Below, piece after piece: positions 27,114 to 41,101 of a DNA stretch of 64,000 bases. The translations under genes were made by a program, and so were the position numbers. Positions within the stretch are counted from its first letter, which is position 1. Each line of letters opens with the position of its first letter. The notes under the pieces are model-generated. The model was not told where the DNA came from. It searched no databases and worked only from the letters and a program-made list of their open reading frames with translations. Source of the stretch: the human T2T-CHM13v2.0 reference genome, Homo sapiens; the NCBI RefSeq assembly GCF_009914755.1, contig NC_060939.1, one strand, 5' to 3'.

Positions 27114-27430
27114 GGCCAGGTGCCGTGGCTCACTCTTGTAATCCTAGCACTCTGGGAGGCTGAGGCGGGCAGATCACCTGAGGTCAGGGCTTTGAGACCA
27201 GCCTGGCCAACATCGCAAAACGTCAGCTAATACAAAAATTAGCTGGGTGTGGTGGCTCACACCTGCAATCCCAGCTACTCCAGAGGCTAAGGCAGGAGAA
27301 TCACTTGAACCCAGGAGGCAGAGTTGTGGTGAGCTGAGCTCGCACCACTGCACTCTAGCTTGAACATGAGACTCTGTCTCAAAGAAAAAAAAAAGAAAGA
27401 AAAAAGAAAAAGAAAATAAAATAAAAAATA
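27114..27430 (+). mobile_element. AluS SINE
   Basis: ggccaggtgccgtggctcac...gatcacctgaggtcagg...A-rich tail; small internal deletions. Confidence 0.93.
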
Positions 27431-28203
27431 TTAAAAGTGGCAAGTGCTATGAAAAAAATAACCAGGCAGGGAAGAAATCACGTGCTGGAGGGGGCAGGGT
27501 TGCAGTTTTAAGTAGGGTGGTCAGAGTGGCCTTGCTGGGAAAGCAGCCTCTCGGAGGTGCAGGATTGAGCCATGTGGGCACCTGGAGGAAGAGGCTTTCA
27601 AGCAGAGGAAGAAAGACCCTGAGGCAGGGCTATGGCTGGCACAGTCAAGGAGTAGCAGAGAGACCAACTGGCTGGAGCAGAAGGACCAAGGGGAGAGTAG
27701 CAGGAGGTGAGGTCGAGGTTTAAAAGGGCCAGGCCCTGCAGTGCTTGAGGCCTCCGCAAGGCTTTGGGGTTCCACTCTGAGCAAGAAGGGAAGTCAGTGG
27801 AGGCATCGGAGCAGAGGAGGGAGGTCATCTCACTAAGGCGGTAAGTGGACCCCCTGGCTGCTGGGTTTAGAATGGACTTTAGTGGACAAGAGTGGAAGCA
27901 GGCAGAACAGTTTGAAAGCTTCTGAAATCAAACACAAGAGAGACAATGGGGATTCCGACCACAGTCCCAGCAGCAGAGGTGCAGAGAATCCCGCTGGACT
28001 CTGGATATATTTTCAAGGTCGAGCCAACAGGAATGCTGCATGGATGAGGGATGCAGCATGTGAGAGAAAGAGTAGAGTCAGGGATGTTATAACCAAGAGA
28101 GGAAGGAATCACTTGATGGATTTCTTGTCTGAGCAACTGCAAGTTCTGAGCAACATGACCTTGGACCACGCCTATGACCTTGGACACCTTAAGTCTGAGA
28201 TGC

Positions 28204-28280
28204 CTCATCATTCAGTTCCCACTTGTAAGTGAGAACATGTGGTATTTGATTTTCTGTTCCTGCATTAGTTTTCTAAGGAT
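28204..28280 (-). mobile_element. Short internal L1P 3'-region fragment without poly(A)
   Basis: ctcatcattcagttcccacttgtaagtgagaacatgtggtatttgattttctgttcctgcattagt is the antisense L1PA/PB ORF2-end/3'UTR junction. Confidence 0.8.
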
Positions 28281-29479
28281 TCAACCTCCAAGAGGAGGTG
28301 CTAAGTAAGCGGGTGGCTATAAGAGACTGAAAGTTCAGGGTGGACCCTTTTGTTCACTCGCTCCTTCATTTATTCATAGCCATTTACTGAGTGCCTACTT
28401 CAGTTCAGCAAGGAATCAAAATGTTCCTGGTGAAAAAAAATAAACTTGTATTTAGATCAATACTAAGTGGCACGTCCTACTATCTTAGACTGTTAATAGC
28501 CTTCACTTCTCTGTCAGCAGCACGAGCACCCCGTCTACACACACACACACAAACACAGAGGCTCACACACCAAAGAATCAGGCAGTCTTCACTGAGAAAA
28601 TTCTGGGTGAAGAGAAAAGGCAAAGACGAGGCAGACGCCCTGCAGATGATGCAGAGAAGGCTCTCCCTTAAGGCTCCCCGCTTCTACTAGGAGCTCCTGC
28701 GCTCCAAAAACGCTTAGCTCCTGCAACTCCAAAAACACTCCCCAGCCACTGAACATCTGCCTCATTGCACACCCAGGCTGGCCACCCCCTCTACGAGGAA
28801 TAGCCCAGAAGCACCTCTGTCCAAGGAAGGCATATGGCCTCATTTTAGGACTGCAGCAAGAGAAGATCCCTATGGTCTTAGATAACATCCTTTTTTTTTT
28901 CCAGCTTAATTATGGCTTCTGACAGACAGGGCTCAGCTAGTACAGAAATCTGCACCCCGAACTCACTGTCACAAAGATTCCAGCCAGACAGACCTGGGGA
29001 CACATTTCCCTTGGACTGAGGCTGGAAGACAGAGACTTTTTAATTAGAATTTGTTATTAATGGGAAGTGCTGCAAATTAAAACTAGGCCTCCTCCCTCTC
29101 CCTCCTGCGTTCCCCACTATATTTATCTCTGATCTCAATTAGAAAGTTCAGGGACTCGCTGCTGAATAGAATGTGTGGATATGAAAGCTTCTGGAGACAC
29201 CAGAAAGAGGGTGAAGGCGTGGAAGGAGAGAATGGAAAGTGGAGGCTGGGGAGGGGGCGATGGGTGTCGCTGAGACAGGGTGGGAAGGACCGGGATCACA
29301 CCCCGTGCCTGAGCTGTGAAACGTGCCCTGGAACTGCCCCAGGAAAAGCCTCCTAGGGCTTTTCTCTAACACTGGTGACAAATGTCTCCACTCCTTGAAG
29401 AGGGAATAACTAGTCACTAACACAGATGAGACATCAGAGGTGGCTACACTCTGAAAGAGACTTTTTTCAGGGAGAGTTA

Positions 29480-29915
29480 GAGAGACATTCAGTTTGGTTT
29501 GGTTTATACATTTTCAAATGGAAACCAATCTGATTTTTCCCTATTGTAAAGATAAGACATGCTTTTTTATTTTTAAAACCCCCACATTACAGATAAGGTT
29601 AAAGTAAAAATCATTTGAAATCTCACCAACCTAAAGATCTACGCTGTTCATAGTTTTGGTGAACATCCGGCTTGCTATCTGTCTCTGTCTCTGTCTCACA
29701 CAATTTAATATCTTTGGGATAATGCTATATATATGAAATGTCCCGAGGCATGCTTTTCCCTCGACAAAATACATTGTGAGATATCTTTCTATATCAATCA
29801 ACATAAATCTATGTCAAAATTTTTAATGGCTACATGGCATTCCAATATATGGACGTATCATAATTTATTTAACCAGGCCCATCTTGGTGGTCATTTAGGC
29901 TGCTTCCAAGGTGCA
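29480..29915 (-). mobile_element. Old L1M 3' fragment
   Basis: ttttaatggctacatggcattccaatatatggacgtatcataatttatttaacc...ggtcatttaggctgcttcca. Confidence 0.7.
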
Positions 29916-30024
29916 TTCTTACAAACAGATCTGTGCCTTCCCTTTAACAGAGCAGAGCTGGGACTGCACCACAACGCTACCTCCATCCCTCCGCAACTGG
30001 GCCGTGGGACTTCCCAGGGTCCAA

Positions 30025-30043
30025 CAGCGCCATCTATGGGCCG
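30025..30043 (-). promoter_or_regulatory. Candidate CTCF site
   Basis: Minus strand cggcccatagatggcgctg matches CCASYAGRKGGCRS at 12/14. It lies in a locally CpG-retaining unique patch (~29970-30080). Confidence 0.5.
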
Positions 30044-31319
30044 GAAGACCCCCGAGCGATAGCATTTTCTCAGCGACCTCTTTGTCTACCCAAGAAACTA
30101 AATGTGGGCCCTCCCACCCCAATCCATTGGCCTAGAGCTGTGGAAAGCTGCATGATCAGCAGAATTAGAACAATAAACAAACTTCCCCTTGTGCCATAAA
30201 TCCTTTTGGGGACCTTCAGATGGACAATAACCCTAGTTTAGCACACTCAATATGGTTTGCTATTATTATTCTTCCAGTCATGAGATGATATTTGGAAACA
30301 TGATTATGATCATCCAATTCCACCTAAAAAAGAGAGAGAGGGAGAGAGCTTCAGAGCTGCCCAGCCTGGGAGAAAGTCGTGATGCCTCCCCTTCTAGCTG
30401 CAGCACAGAGGACAAGTGACTTGGCCTGAGTCTCACTTTACTCATTTGAAAATGGTAGTAATGATACCTCCCTTGCAGGTTTGCTTGAGATTACAAATAA
30501 TGTATTGAAATACTCAGATCATAGTAAGTGTAATGGTAATTTTAACAATAATTACTAGCATTAGTAATAATAGCAAAATACTATGTTTGTATTAATAATA
30601 AATTTCTCTCTATCATGCCTCCTGCTAGTCTTACAGGGCATATGTACAAGACACATGCCCTGCCTTCAAGGTAGGCTCAGATCTCTCTACAGGCAACTCT
30701 CCTAGGAAGCAGATCCTTCAGGAGGCACAAGGTGGCTGTGAAAGAGGCGGCACAGAGCATAGAATGAAAGGAACCCACAGCACAATGAGGGAAATTTAGG
30801 AATCAGCATGGAAAGCAACTTAAAGCTCATGAGGTCCAACCGCCTGTTCCCACACTTGAATCAAAGCCAGCTCCAACAGGTCTGGTCTATTCACCTTACT
30901 CCAGGGATGAGTCCCAACCACACTAGTGAGGCCAACTTCCCCTCTGCCAATAGCTCAGTTAGAAAATGCTCCTGCTCAAACTTGAGGAAGTGCTTAGGGC
31001 AGGCTTTCTAGACTGTCAGGATGATTGAAGGCAGACCTCCCAGAGAAGAGAGATTGGGGGGTTATAATGCAGGGTAAGTGAACATGGTCTTGGGTGGTTT
31101 GGGTTGTCATCTGCCAAGGGCAAGGACTGGTCTTGATGACCAGATGACCTCCTGGCCACACCAGCTTTGTGTCCCACATTTTATGCACATGTTGTACATG
31201 ACCTGTGTTTCCAACCCAGGCTGAGGTCCAACTACTGCTGAGGACCTCAGAGCACACTCATGACAGCCATCATGGTGCTGAGGGCAGAGTGAAGGATGGA
31301 GATGGACGGAGAGAGAAGG

Positions 31320-31900
31320 TTGTCTTCTGTCCATCTCACAGCCATTGCCCCATCCAGACACTTACTGCCTTTTCGGTAGGGTACTATGATAACTTCCAAC
31401 TGGTTCCAGCAGTCATCCTATTTCTACTCCAGCCCTTTCTCCACACCACTGCCAAATTAATCATCTACTGCAGCTACTCCCCAGCTCAAAAACCATCCAT
31501 AGATCCCCACTGCCTGCACAATGAGATTCAAACTCAATCTATACGCAAAACTCTCTATTATCTGACCCCAACTCTTTCCCTAGTTCTTCCTACTCTCCAG
31601 ACATATAGAAACATGTGATGTCTCCCAATACTTGTCTCATGCTTTCCCACCTCCCTGTCTTTGTTCAAATAATGCCCTCTGTTACCGTCTCTCTCTTCCA
31701 GATCCCCACATGCCCCAATTTTACCCATATTCAAGGTGACGCCTCTGCTGGCCACCCATTCAGAAGTAACCCTTCTCTCCTCTGGCTTTCACTTGTATCT
31801 TTCATGTGGAAGTTAGCATTTTAATCTTTTATAATTATTTGTGATTCTAGGGTATGAGCCTTGTAGACTCATCCTGGAAGACAAGAAGACATTGCCCTTC
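31320..31900 (+). mobile_element. L2 LINE 3' fragment
   Basis: ctccagccctttctccacaccactgccaaattaatcatct...ctccccagctcaaaaaccatccatagatccccactgcc. Confidence 0.7.
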
Positions 31901-32151
31901 ACATTTATCTGAACATCACCATAACAAGCAATGACTACTAGTTGATGTGTGTTCAGGACACACCTTGGGTCTTAGGTCACCTTCTGTCACTCATCAACTA
32001 TGTTTCCTCAACTAAGTCCCAATTGAAGGTCTTAGTTTTCTCATCTGCAAACTGGAGCTAATAATACCTTCCCAGGGTTATATGTGCATCAAAAAGCTAA
32101 GGAACAGGATCCTACACTCCCTGCCAAAAGTGATGATTAAAGGTGAAATGA

Positions 32152-32470
32152 GGCCAGGCACGGTGGCTCACACCTGTAATCCCAGCACTTTGGGAGGCCG
32201 AGGTGGGTGGATCACTTGAGGCCAGGAATTTGTGACCAGCCTGGTCAACATGGTGAAACCTCATCTCTACTAAAAATACAAAAATTAGCTGGGTGTGGTT
32301 GCGCATGCTTGTAATTCCAGCTTCTCTGGAGGCTGAGGCATAAGAATTGCTTGAAATTGGGAGCCAGAGGTTGCAGTAAGCCAAGATCACACCACTGCAC
32401 TCTAGCCTGGGCGACAGAGCGAGACTCCATCTCAAAAAAAAAAAAAAAAAAAAGAAAGAAAAAGAAAAAA
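32152..32470 (+). mobile_element. AluS SINE
   Basis: Full dimer with a long A tail; approximate TSD aaaggtgaaatga / aaaagtgaaacga. Confidence 0.95.
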
Positions 32471-34355
32471 AAAGTGAAACGAACAGCGGGATCTCCAGGT
32501 TCAGTGAGTGGAACGGAATAGAAAAAACTGAAATGGGTAAAGTGGGGGTCTCTGCTCTCTCACTTGGGCTTTAGGTAAAGTTTTCTGCCTGTCCAAAGTT
32601 TGCATTCTGGATGGTGGGGTTAGAACAAATGCAAGGCTAGAAGCTTCACCTTATGTTCCTCCTGGGAATGCTGATCCTTCGGAAGGATGCTATGCCCTGC
32701 CTCCACTCCTGGAAGCCCAGGTCGGGTCTCCCCTGCCACTCTCACTTCACCTCATCTCACCCCCACAGTTTCCCCTCCCTGTGGGGCCCAAGCCTTGCCT
32801 GTCTCCTGCTGGGGGTCTTGGACTCCCCAGATGGCTGCACCAAGGTGCTCAGTCTCATAGCCAAGTGGGCCAGACCCTGAAACTACCCCTCTGTCTACCA
32901 ATTGGTCGCTGCTATCTCTCCCTCTCTGTACGAATATTATTGCCAGCAATTAGCACAAAGATCCTTTCCCACTCTAGTTAAGATCCCAAGCTGCAGTTAA
33001 ATGCTCCCAGATCCCATTTAAAGGATTTTCAATGCAATTCATTCTGACTCATTAAATAATCCCATGGACGACTTTCTTTGCTTTTACCACCTTAGAAGCC
33101 TCTTTCCAGAAAAGAAAACAATAAATGAGGGTGGGTTGGAAGTGAGGAGAACAGCCTGGTCTGGAAGAGGAAAGGAGAAGGCTTCTGTCCTGGCCTCACC
33201 AGCTCCTGGTTTTGCATTTTGCTCTCTCCCTCTGGCTCCCACCCATGCCCTCCTCCTGCTCTCTCCCTCCATCCTTTTCTCTCGGAAATGACTTCACCTG
33301 ACAGCTATGGATTTAGAGATTTTTTGCCAATTACTTATGCCCAGTGAGAAAATAGGTTTTTAATGTCTGCCCTTGTTCCTCCCAGCCTGGCTACCTCACT
33401 GTGAAGCGAGCCCACAGCTCTCACTCCCTGAGCAGCCGGTGCCCACTGCCCAGGCTGGGGAGGATGGGGTGAGGACAGCTGGAAGGGGCAGGAGAGGGGC
33501 AGAGGCTTCGGTCTCAAGGATAGCACCCTTGTTACAGAGTTGGTATAACAGCCTGTGAGATCTGTGTTCCCTCATCACCCAGCTCAACATACCCATTCAT
33601 TCATTCTCCATTAATTATCAAGATTTACCAAGCATTTACTGTGTACCAGGCACCTGGCAACCATTTTCTATGTATTAATATACTAAATCCTTGAAATAAT
33701 CCAGTAAAGTAGATGCTATTACAATGTCATTTTTACAGAGAGGGAAATTAAACCTCCAGAGTTTAATGTATCACCCAAAAATCACACAACTAGTAAATGC
33801 TTCTGAGAGTTGAGCAGAGGGATGAGCATGAACCCAGGCACTGTTGTTCCAGAACTTCTAGATATGCATAACCACTCCTGTGCACTGCCTTTTGCTTTAT
33901 CATCTTATACCAATAGGAGGTGGTACAGGGCCCTGCCGCACCTGGAGAGGCCTCAGCCAGACAAGGTCCTTGCCACACCACAACTCACATTCTACCTGGG
34001 GACACAATTATTTCAACTGTTTTTGTATAACATGGCACATGGTCTGGTGAGGGCTGTGACTGAGGTTTGTGCAAAGTGCTGTGGGAACTCAGGGAGCAGG
34101 GCCATCCATTCTGCCTGGGGAAGAGAAGGCAGATTGGGAAAGGTGACAAGAGGAGATGGCATATCATCCAGGCCTTGAAGGCTACGGAGGAAATCATCAG
34201 ATGAAGGAGGGAGGGGAAGGGCATTCCTGGGAGAGGGAACAGCATGAACAGAGGCTTGGAGGCTTAAAAGGGCCTGGTGCTTAGGTAGCATCCTCCTAAG
34301 CAAGATGCAAACCCCGAGTGTGGCAGGGGATTTATTGCATAATTTTTACTCTAGA

Positions 34356-34573
34356 CCAGTTTTTGAGAGGAGGCAGTTCTGCCTCCCAGCACACTTAGGC
34401 CAATGTCTGCAGACATTGTTGGTTGTCACAACTGGGTGGAGGGGGTGCTACTGGCCTCTAGTAGGTAGAGGCCAGTGATGGTGCTAAACATCCTAAACAG
34501 TGCAGGACAGCTCCCCACAACCAGGAATTACCCAGCCCACAAATCTCAATAGAGCTGAGCTGGAGAAACCCTG
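34356..34573 (+). mobile_element. MER20 hAT MITE
   Basis: caatgtctgcagacattgttggttgtcacaactggg...gctaaacatcctaaacagtgcaggacagc...gagaaaccctg. Confidence 0.85.
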
Positions 34574-34901
34574 ATCCAAAGAAAGGATTGCAGTAAGGCA
34601 TGCAGAGGAAAGCATGGTTAATTCCAGTTAAAGAAATCAGAAGAGGGTTCATGGAGAAGAGGTATTTAAGAAGATCACACAAATGGGGAGGATGTGGACG
34701 CATGAGGATGAGGGAGAAGAATTACCAGCACAGGAGAGAACTTAAGCAAGACCTAGAAGGTGCAAAGTAAGGGGTGTGTTCAAGGAACTGTGCGCTTCGT
34801 GTGTACAGCATTCATGAGGAGGAGTAAGAGAAAATGGCTGAAAAAGTCGTTTCAGGTTAGATGTTTATGAGCCTTAAAGCAAGTTAGAAAGAGTCAGTAA
34901 A

Positions 34902-35271
<370 letters not shown>

Positions 35272-35851
35272 TCAGAAATGCACTTTAATTAATCAGGCTT
35301 TAATTAATTAATCAGCCAGTGCACGGAGAGGCTGGAGGAGGGGAGACCAGTTAGGAGGCCATTTCAGTGTTCCTGGCAGGAGTTCCAGCCAACCTGGACT
35401 TGCACAGTGGCAGCCTCGCTCCACTCGCTAAATTGAGAGTTTACCCTGTGCCAGGCCCAGTGCTAAGCATATAATACAAAACTGAGCCTCATTTTACCCA
35501 ATAGACAGTTCCCTGGGAGATATGAAAAACAAGCTCCTGTCAATTAATTTAAAATTTAAATGTAATTTGATATTTTAGTATGTTAAAACATGCATTACTT
35601 TTATCATTAAAAATACAAGAAGTTTTTAAAAATGGAAACCAAGATTTATGCAAAAAGATTTTATTACACTATTTTCTAAAATAACAATGTGTTTGCCATC
35701 AGGGGATCACCAATGACATATCAGGCACTGCACGGGGTGATTTACATGAAAACAACCAAGTATTTTCTTTTCTTTTTTTTTTTTAAAAAAAAGGAGAGTT
35801 CGCTTTTAAAAGACTGGCATATAGTAGCTGTCCAATAAAATATGTTGAGTA

Positions 35852-36209
<358 letters not shown>

Positions 36210-36509
36210 TTAGAATGGAAGGGCACCTGATTGATACTGGGCTCAGGTATAAGTAAGAAACACCACATTCATACTTGAGTGCTGATCATGCTGGACTGGC
36301 CTCCCAAGTGAATGGAGTTAGGCAATGGGAGGAGGGGCTGGAGCTGTTTCAATCCGTCCTGCCCCAGATCAGGCCCCGGGATCTAGGAGAGCTGTGACTG
36401 CAAGAGATGAACCACGTCCCAGCAGGGAGTCAGGAAAGGGGACACCAAGGTGAGAATCAAGAAAGGTAGGACAGATTAAAGCTTTTGTGAAGCCACCAGA
36501 GCTTTATTA

Positions 36510-36920
36510 AATGAATAGTGGAAAACTCAAATGCTTGCTCTGAAACAAAGAACCTCAAAGTCTCAGTGGCATACGGTAACAAGCATGTCAAATTCTCCCT
36601 CATGAGTTTGCAGGTGGCTAGGGATGGCTCTGCTCCATACAGCCCTCATCCACCAGGGACCAGTGAGCCAGCAGGCAGGTTTTTTTCAGGGCAATGACAG
36701 ACGTTCAAGAGAGCAAGACCAACTGCACAAGGCCACCCAAGCTCCTGCTTGCATCACATCTACTAATATCTAGCCAGCTAAAGCAAGTCAGGTGGCTTAG
36801 CCAAAAGACAAGGAGCAGGGAAATACACTTGCCCTCTTGTGGAAGGAATTACAGAGATGCCCAGCAAAGGGCATGGATACAGGCAGGGGTAGAGGATTAA
36901 GGGCAATCATCAATCATGCA
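36510..36920 (-). mobile_element. Old MLT1 MaLR LTR
   Basis: aaagtctcagtggcatac...ctgctccatac...aagcaagtcaggtggc...gcaaagggcatggatacagg. Confidence 0.6.
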
Positions 36921-37374
36921 GTCTCAGCCCAGCAACTATTAACACTTGCAGTTTCCTATTTTCATATTACAAATTTGCTTAAAATGGGCCCTGTGGCAAA
37001 CAAACAGGGGCTCTTTGCAATGGATGAATCCTCTCTCCCCTGAGATTCTGAATGGGATCACAGGAGAGAAGCAGAGGATAGGGAGAGAACATTGGCCTAT
37101 AAGCTGGAAGCCTTGGATCTTATCAATGTTGTTGATGCTCAGCCTGCTGTGCTTCACCTTTATTTAACACTGACCTAACCCTAACCTAAACCTCAACCCT
37201 TTGACACTGTCAGCCTCCTCTTTCTCCTTAAAACTGTCTTCGCTCTTTCCAGAGCATCTTTCTCTTGCTGTTTTTATCCTGAGCCTGCCCCTCGAGCAGT
37301 TCCTTCTCTGTTCCCTTTGAAGGTTTCTTTTCTGCCACCTGCCCCTGAAATACCAGTGGTCTTCAGGTTTCTGT

Positions 37375-37810
37375 CTGGAGGCTACTATGTTAAGTGAAAT
37401 AAACTGAACACAGAAAGACAAATATTGCATGTTCTCACTCATATGTGGGAATTAAAAAGTGAATCTCATTTAGATGAAGAGTAGATTGGTCGTTACCAGA
37501 AGCCAGGAATGTTAGGTGGGAGAGGGGTGAAGAGAAGCTGATTAATGGGTACAAATATATGGTTTGAGAGAAGGAATAAGACCTGGCGTTAGATCAGTTG
37601 GCTGACTATAATTTACAATAATCTATTGTACATTTCAAAATAGGTAGAAGAGAATAATTTGAACAGTTCCAGCATAAAGAAAAGATAAAAATATTTAAGG
37701 TGATGAATATCTCAAGTACAATTATTTGATCGTTACAAGTTATATCAATGTACTAAATTATCACATGTACCTGAAACTATGTACATCTATTATGCATCAA
37801 TAAAGAAAAC
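37375..37810 (+). mobile_element. L1MA-type 3' end
   Basis: atgttaagtgaaataaac...cacagaaagacaaatattgcatgttctcactcatatgtggga...aataaag. Confidence 0.85.
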
Positions 37811-38234
37811 TTAATTTGGATAAAATGGAAAACTTCTATTTCAAAAAAAGAAAAGAAAAGGGGCAGACCCAAAGAGCTGATTCCTGGAGGCTGTTCTCAC
37901 ACAATAAGGTTTCAAGAAAGATATTTGTCTGCCCTGTGCTGACCCCACTGGCCCAGAGGAACTGAGCCTGCATTGCATTTTCCCACCACACTGCACAGAG
38001 TTCATTCCAGGCTTCCTGTTCATAGGTGTTCTCACTGCATGCACCTGGCTGCCTGACACTGCTTGAGCACAGTGGGAGGGATGGGGTGGGGTGGACTTGC
38101 TTCTGTAAAGGACTAAGAAGAGCCTGGAGGGACGCAATGAGCAATCCCTGAGGGCTGGGAGGCATTAGACACACTGCCAGTGAGAAGGACGCTGGGTTCT
38201 TCCCTTCTTTTTCCCTTTTAATAGCCTCCAGTTC

Positions 38235-38590
38235 CATTCACCTTGCTGAAAGTGACAGGAATTGATTCCCCTTTATTGCTGAATAGTATTCCATTGTGTA
38301 TATGTACCACATTCCCTTTATGCATTCATCCTTTGATGAGCACTTAAGCTGACTCCATATTTTGGCAATTGTAAATAGTGGTGCAATAAACATGGACGTG
38401 CAGAGGTCATTTTGATACATTGATTCACTTTTAAAAATATATATACACAGAAGTGGAATTGCTGGATCATATGGAAGTTCTAGTTTTAGTTTTTTGAGGA
38501 ACCTCCATACTGTTCTCCACAGTGGCTGTACTAATTTACATTCCCACTGACAGTGTACGAGGATTTCCTTTTCTCCACATTTTCATCAGC
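38235..38590 (-). mobile_element. L1M fragment
   Basis: gctgaatagtattccattgtgtatatgtaccacatt...ggaattgctggatcatatgg...gaggaacctccatactgtt. Confidence 0.85.
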
Positions 38591-38870
38591 CTGGGACTGC
38601 CTATTTTCAAGGTCTCAACCCCTGTCCTTGCCTCACAAACCTCATTTAGAGTTGAAGAATCGCTAAATCAGAGATATTGTTCTGACCCTCGCTGCCTAGC
38701 TGGAGGGTCTTCCAAGAAACCTGCATTCTCATCCACTGCTGATGGAAGTAGAAAATGATACAATCTTGCCGTTGAGCCATTTGGCAAGAAGTGTTTGACC
38801 TTCATGTCCACCTCTAAGAATTCATTCAGGAATGTGGTTTGATGGTTAATTTTTTGCTTTTATTATTATT

Positions 38871-39151
38871 ATTATTTTGACACAGGGTCCCACTCTATTG
38901 CCCAGGCTGGAGTGCAGTGGCATGATCTCAGCTCCCTGCAACCTCTGCCTCCTGGGCTCAGGTGATCCTCAGCCTCCCAAGTAGCTGAGAGTACAGGAGT
39001 TCATCACCACGCCCAGCTAATTTTTGTATTTTTTGTAGAGATGGATTTTTGCCATGTTGCCCAGACTGGTCTCGAACTCCTGGACTCAAGCGGTCTGCCC
39101 ACCTCAGCCTCCCAAAGTGCTGGGATTATAGGCGTGAGCTACCTCGACCAG
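38871..39151 (-). mobile_element. AluJ/S SINE
   Basis: Antisense Alu with a (TTA)n tail; TSD gctttta(t/c)tattatt at 38856-38870 and 39152-39166. Confidence 0.93.
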
Positions 39152-39166
39152 GCTTTTACTATTATT

Positions 39167-39379
39167 TTTAATTAATATAATAATTGTACATATTTATGGG
39201 GTACAGTGTGATATTTTGATACATGTATACAATGTGTAATGATCGTCCTAGGGTAATTAGCATATCCATCACCTCACTTATCATATCTTTGTATCGGGAA
39301 CATCCAAAATCCACCCTTAGAGCTATTTAAAAAGATACAGTAAATTATTGTCAATTATATTCACCCTATAGTGCTATCA
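39167..39379 (-). mobile_element. L1MA 3' end
   Basis: taattgtacatatttatggggtacagtgtgatattttgatacatgtatacaatgtgtaatgatc. Confidence 0.85.
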
Positions 39380-40820
39380 TGATGGTTAATATTATACATC
39401 AACTTGACTAGGCTAAGGGATGCCCAGATAGTGTATGAAACGTGATTTCTGGTTCTGTCTGTGAGAGCGTTTCTGGAAGAGATTAGCACTGGAATCAGCA
39501 GACTGAGTAAGAAGATCCACCCTCACACAATGTGGGAGGGCCTCAGCAGAACAAAAAGGCAGAGGAAGGGTGAATTTGCTCCCTCCTATGGAACTGGGAC
39601 ATCTTCTACTGCCTTGGGACATCACAGCCCCTGATTCTCAGGCCATCAGACTCCAGACATCAAAACCCCTCCCATGTAAACTGTTCTCAGGCCTTGGGAC
39701 TCAGATTGAACTGCACCACTGGCTTTCCTGGTTCTCTAGCTTGCAGACGGCATGCCGTGGGACTTCTCAGCCTCCATAATCACGTGAGCCAACTCCTATA
39801 ATAAATCTTTTCTTATCTATCTATCTATATATATCCTACTGGTTATGTTTCTCTGGAGAACCCCGACTAATACATGTGGTAAGAGATGAAACTCAAAGAA
39901 TGTTCATCGAACACTATTCATAAAAATAAAAAATGAAAACAATGTAAATTCCAAAATAAGGATGAATTACATAAATTCTTACAGTATTATTAAATGGGTT
40001 ACCATGCAACTGTTAAAATAACAAGGTTGGGGAATAGCTAATTACATGGAAAATATTTATGGAATGTTATTAAGTTTAAAAGCAGATCAAAAAAGTCTAT
40101 ACATACAATCCATTTTGCAGTATATATAAATGTATCCTAAATGTATCTATAAGCATAGAAAAGAGACTGATAGGATAAACAGAAAACTGTGAGTGGTTAT
40201 TTCTGAGTAGTAAAATTTCAAGTGACTCTTTTCCTCTTTTGGCTCATTTCTATTTTCTACATTTTTTGCAATTAGTTTGGATCACTTTCGTAACAAGAAA
40301 AATTATTTTAAGAGTTATATTTTTGACAATCTTCCAGTTCCCTTGAGCCATGTTATTTCATAAGTTTCATGCTATGACTTGGACACCTTTTTTTAAAGTT
40401 CTACTAAGATCTACCTTCTTAAGGGTTGGGAAGCATGTCTGATTATGCCCAGCCTTATCCACCCTAAGAGAGCATGGGAGTTTCCCAAAAACTCTAGTCA
40501 TTTCTATGTTACCAAGCAATTTCTCCTTATCAGTATAAGGACTAGAGTAGTAAGAGCATATTTGCATCTCTCTCTCTCCCCCAGCAGATGAATTTAACAG
40601 TAAGGAAAGTCAAGGTATTAGACACTCATCTTCTAGGTGCATGGAATTTCTAGTTGGCTGGACGTCCTTACCCTAGACTGACATAATGCTTCTGCAGGTT
40701 GTCCACTACACGAAGAACTATCCAAGGGGGCAGGTGGAGACCAAAATCCAGTCCTCGTTCTGCTCACTGGCATGTGCCTGGTGCAGGGCCGAATGCTTCA
40801 AGGTGGAGGAGGTTCTGTTC

Positions 40821-41101
40821 ATGCATTCGTTTATTCATTCATTTTTAGAGACAGGGTCCCATTCTGTCACCCAGGCTGGAGTGCAGTGGCCAGAAATCAA
40901 AGCTCACTGTAGCCTCGAACTCCTGGGCTTCCATAATCCTCCTGCCTCAGCTTCCTGAGCAGCTAGGACTATAGATATGTGCCATCACGTCTGGCTAATT
41001 TTTTTTAAATTTTTTGTAGAGACAGAGTCTCACTGTGTTGCCCAGGCAGATCTCAACCTCCTGACCTCAAGCGATTCTCCTGCCTTAGCCTCCCAAAGCA
41101 T
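40821..41101 (-). mobile_element. AluJ SINE (5'-truncated)
   Basis: gagacagggtcccattctgtcacccagg...gctcactgtagcctcgaactcctgggct...cctcccaaagc. Confidence 0.9.

Larger units (their letters stand above)
26930..28340 (-). mobile_element. L2 LINE fragment (interrupted by an Alu and a short L1 piece)
   Basis: Antisense L2 motifs (ggactctggatatattttcaagg; gagagaaagagtagagtcagggatg; aagtctgagatgcc). Confidence 0.75.
38838..39874 (+). mobile_element. MLT2 LTR (main body 39380-39874) with nested L1MA and Alu
   Basis: gatggttaatattatacatcaacttgactaggctaaggga...ggagaaccccgactaataca; 5-bp TSD tgtgg at 38833-38837 and 39875-39879. Confidence 0.85.
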
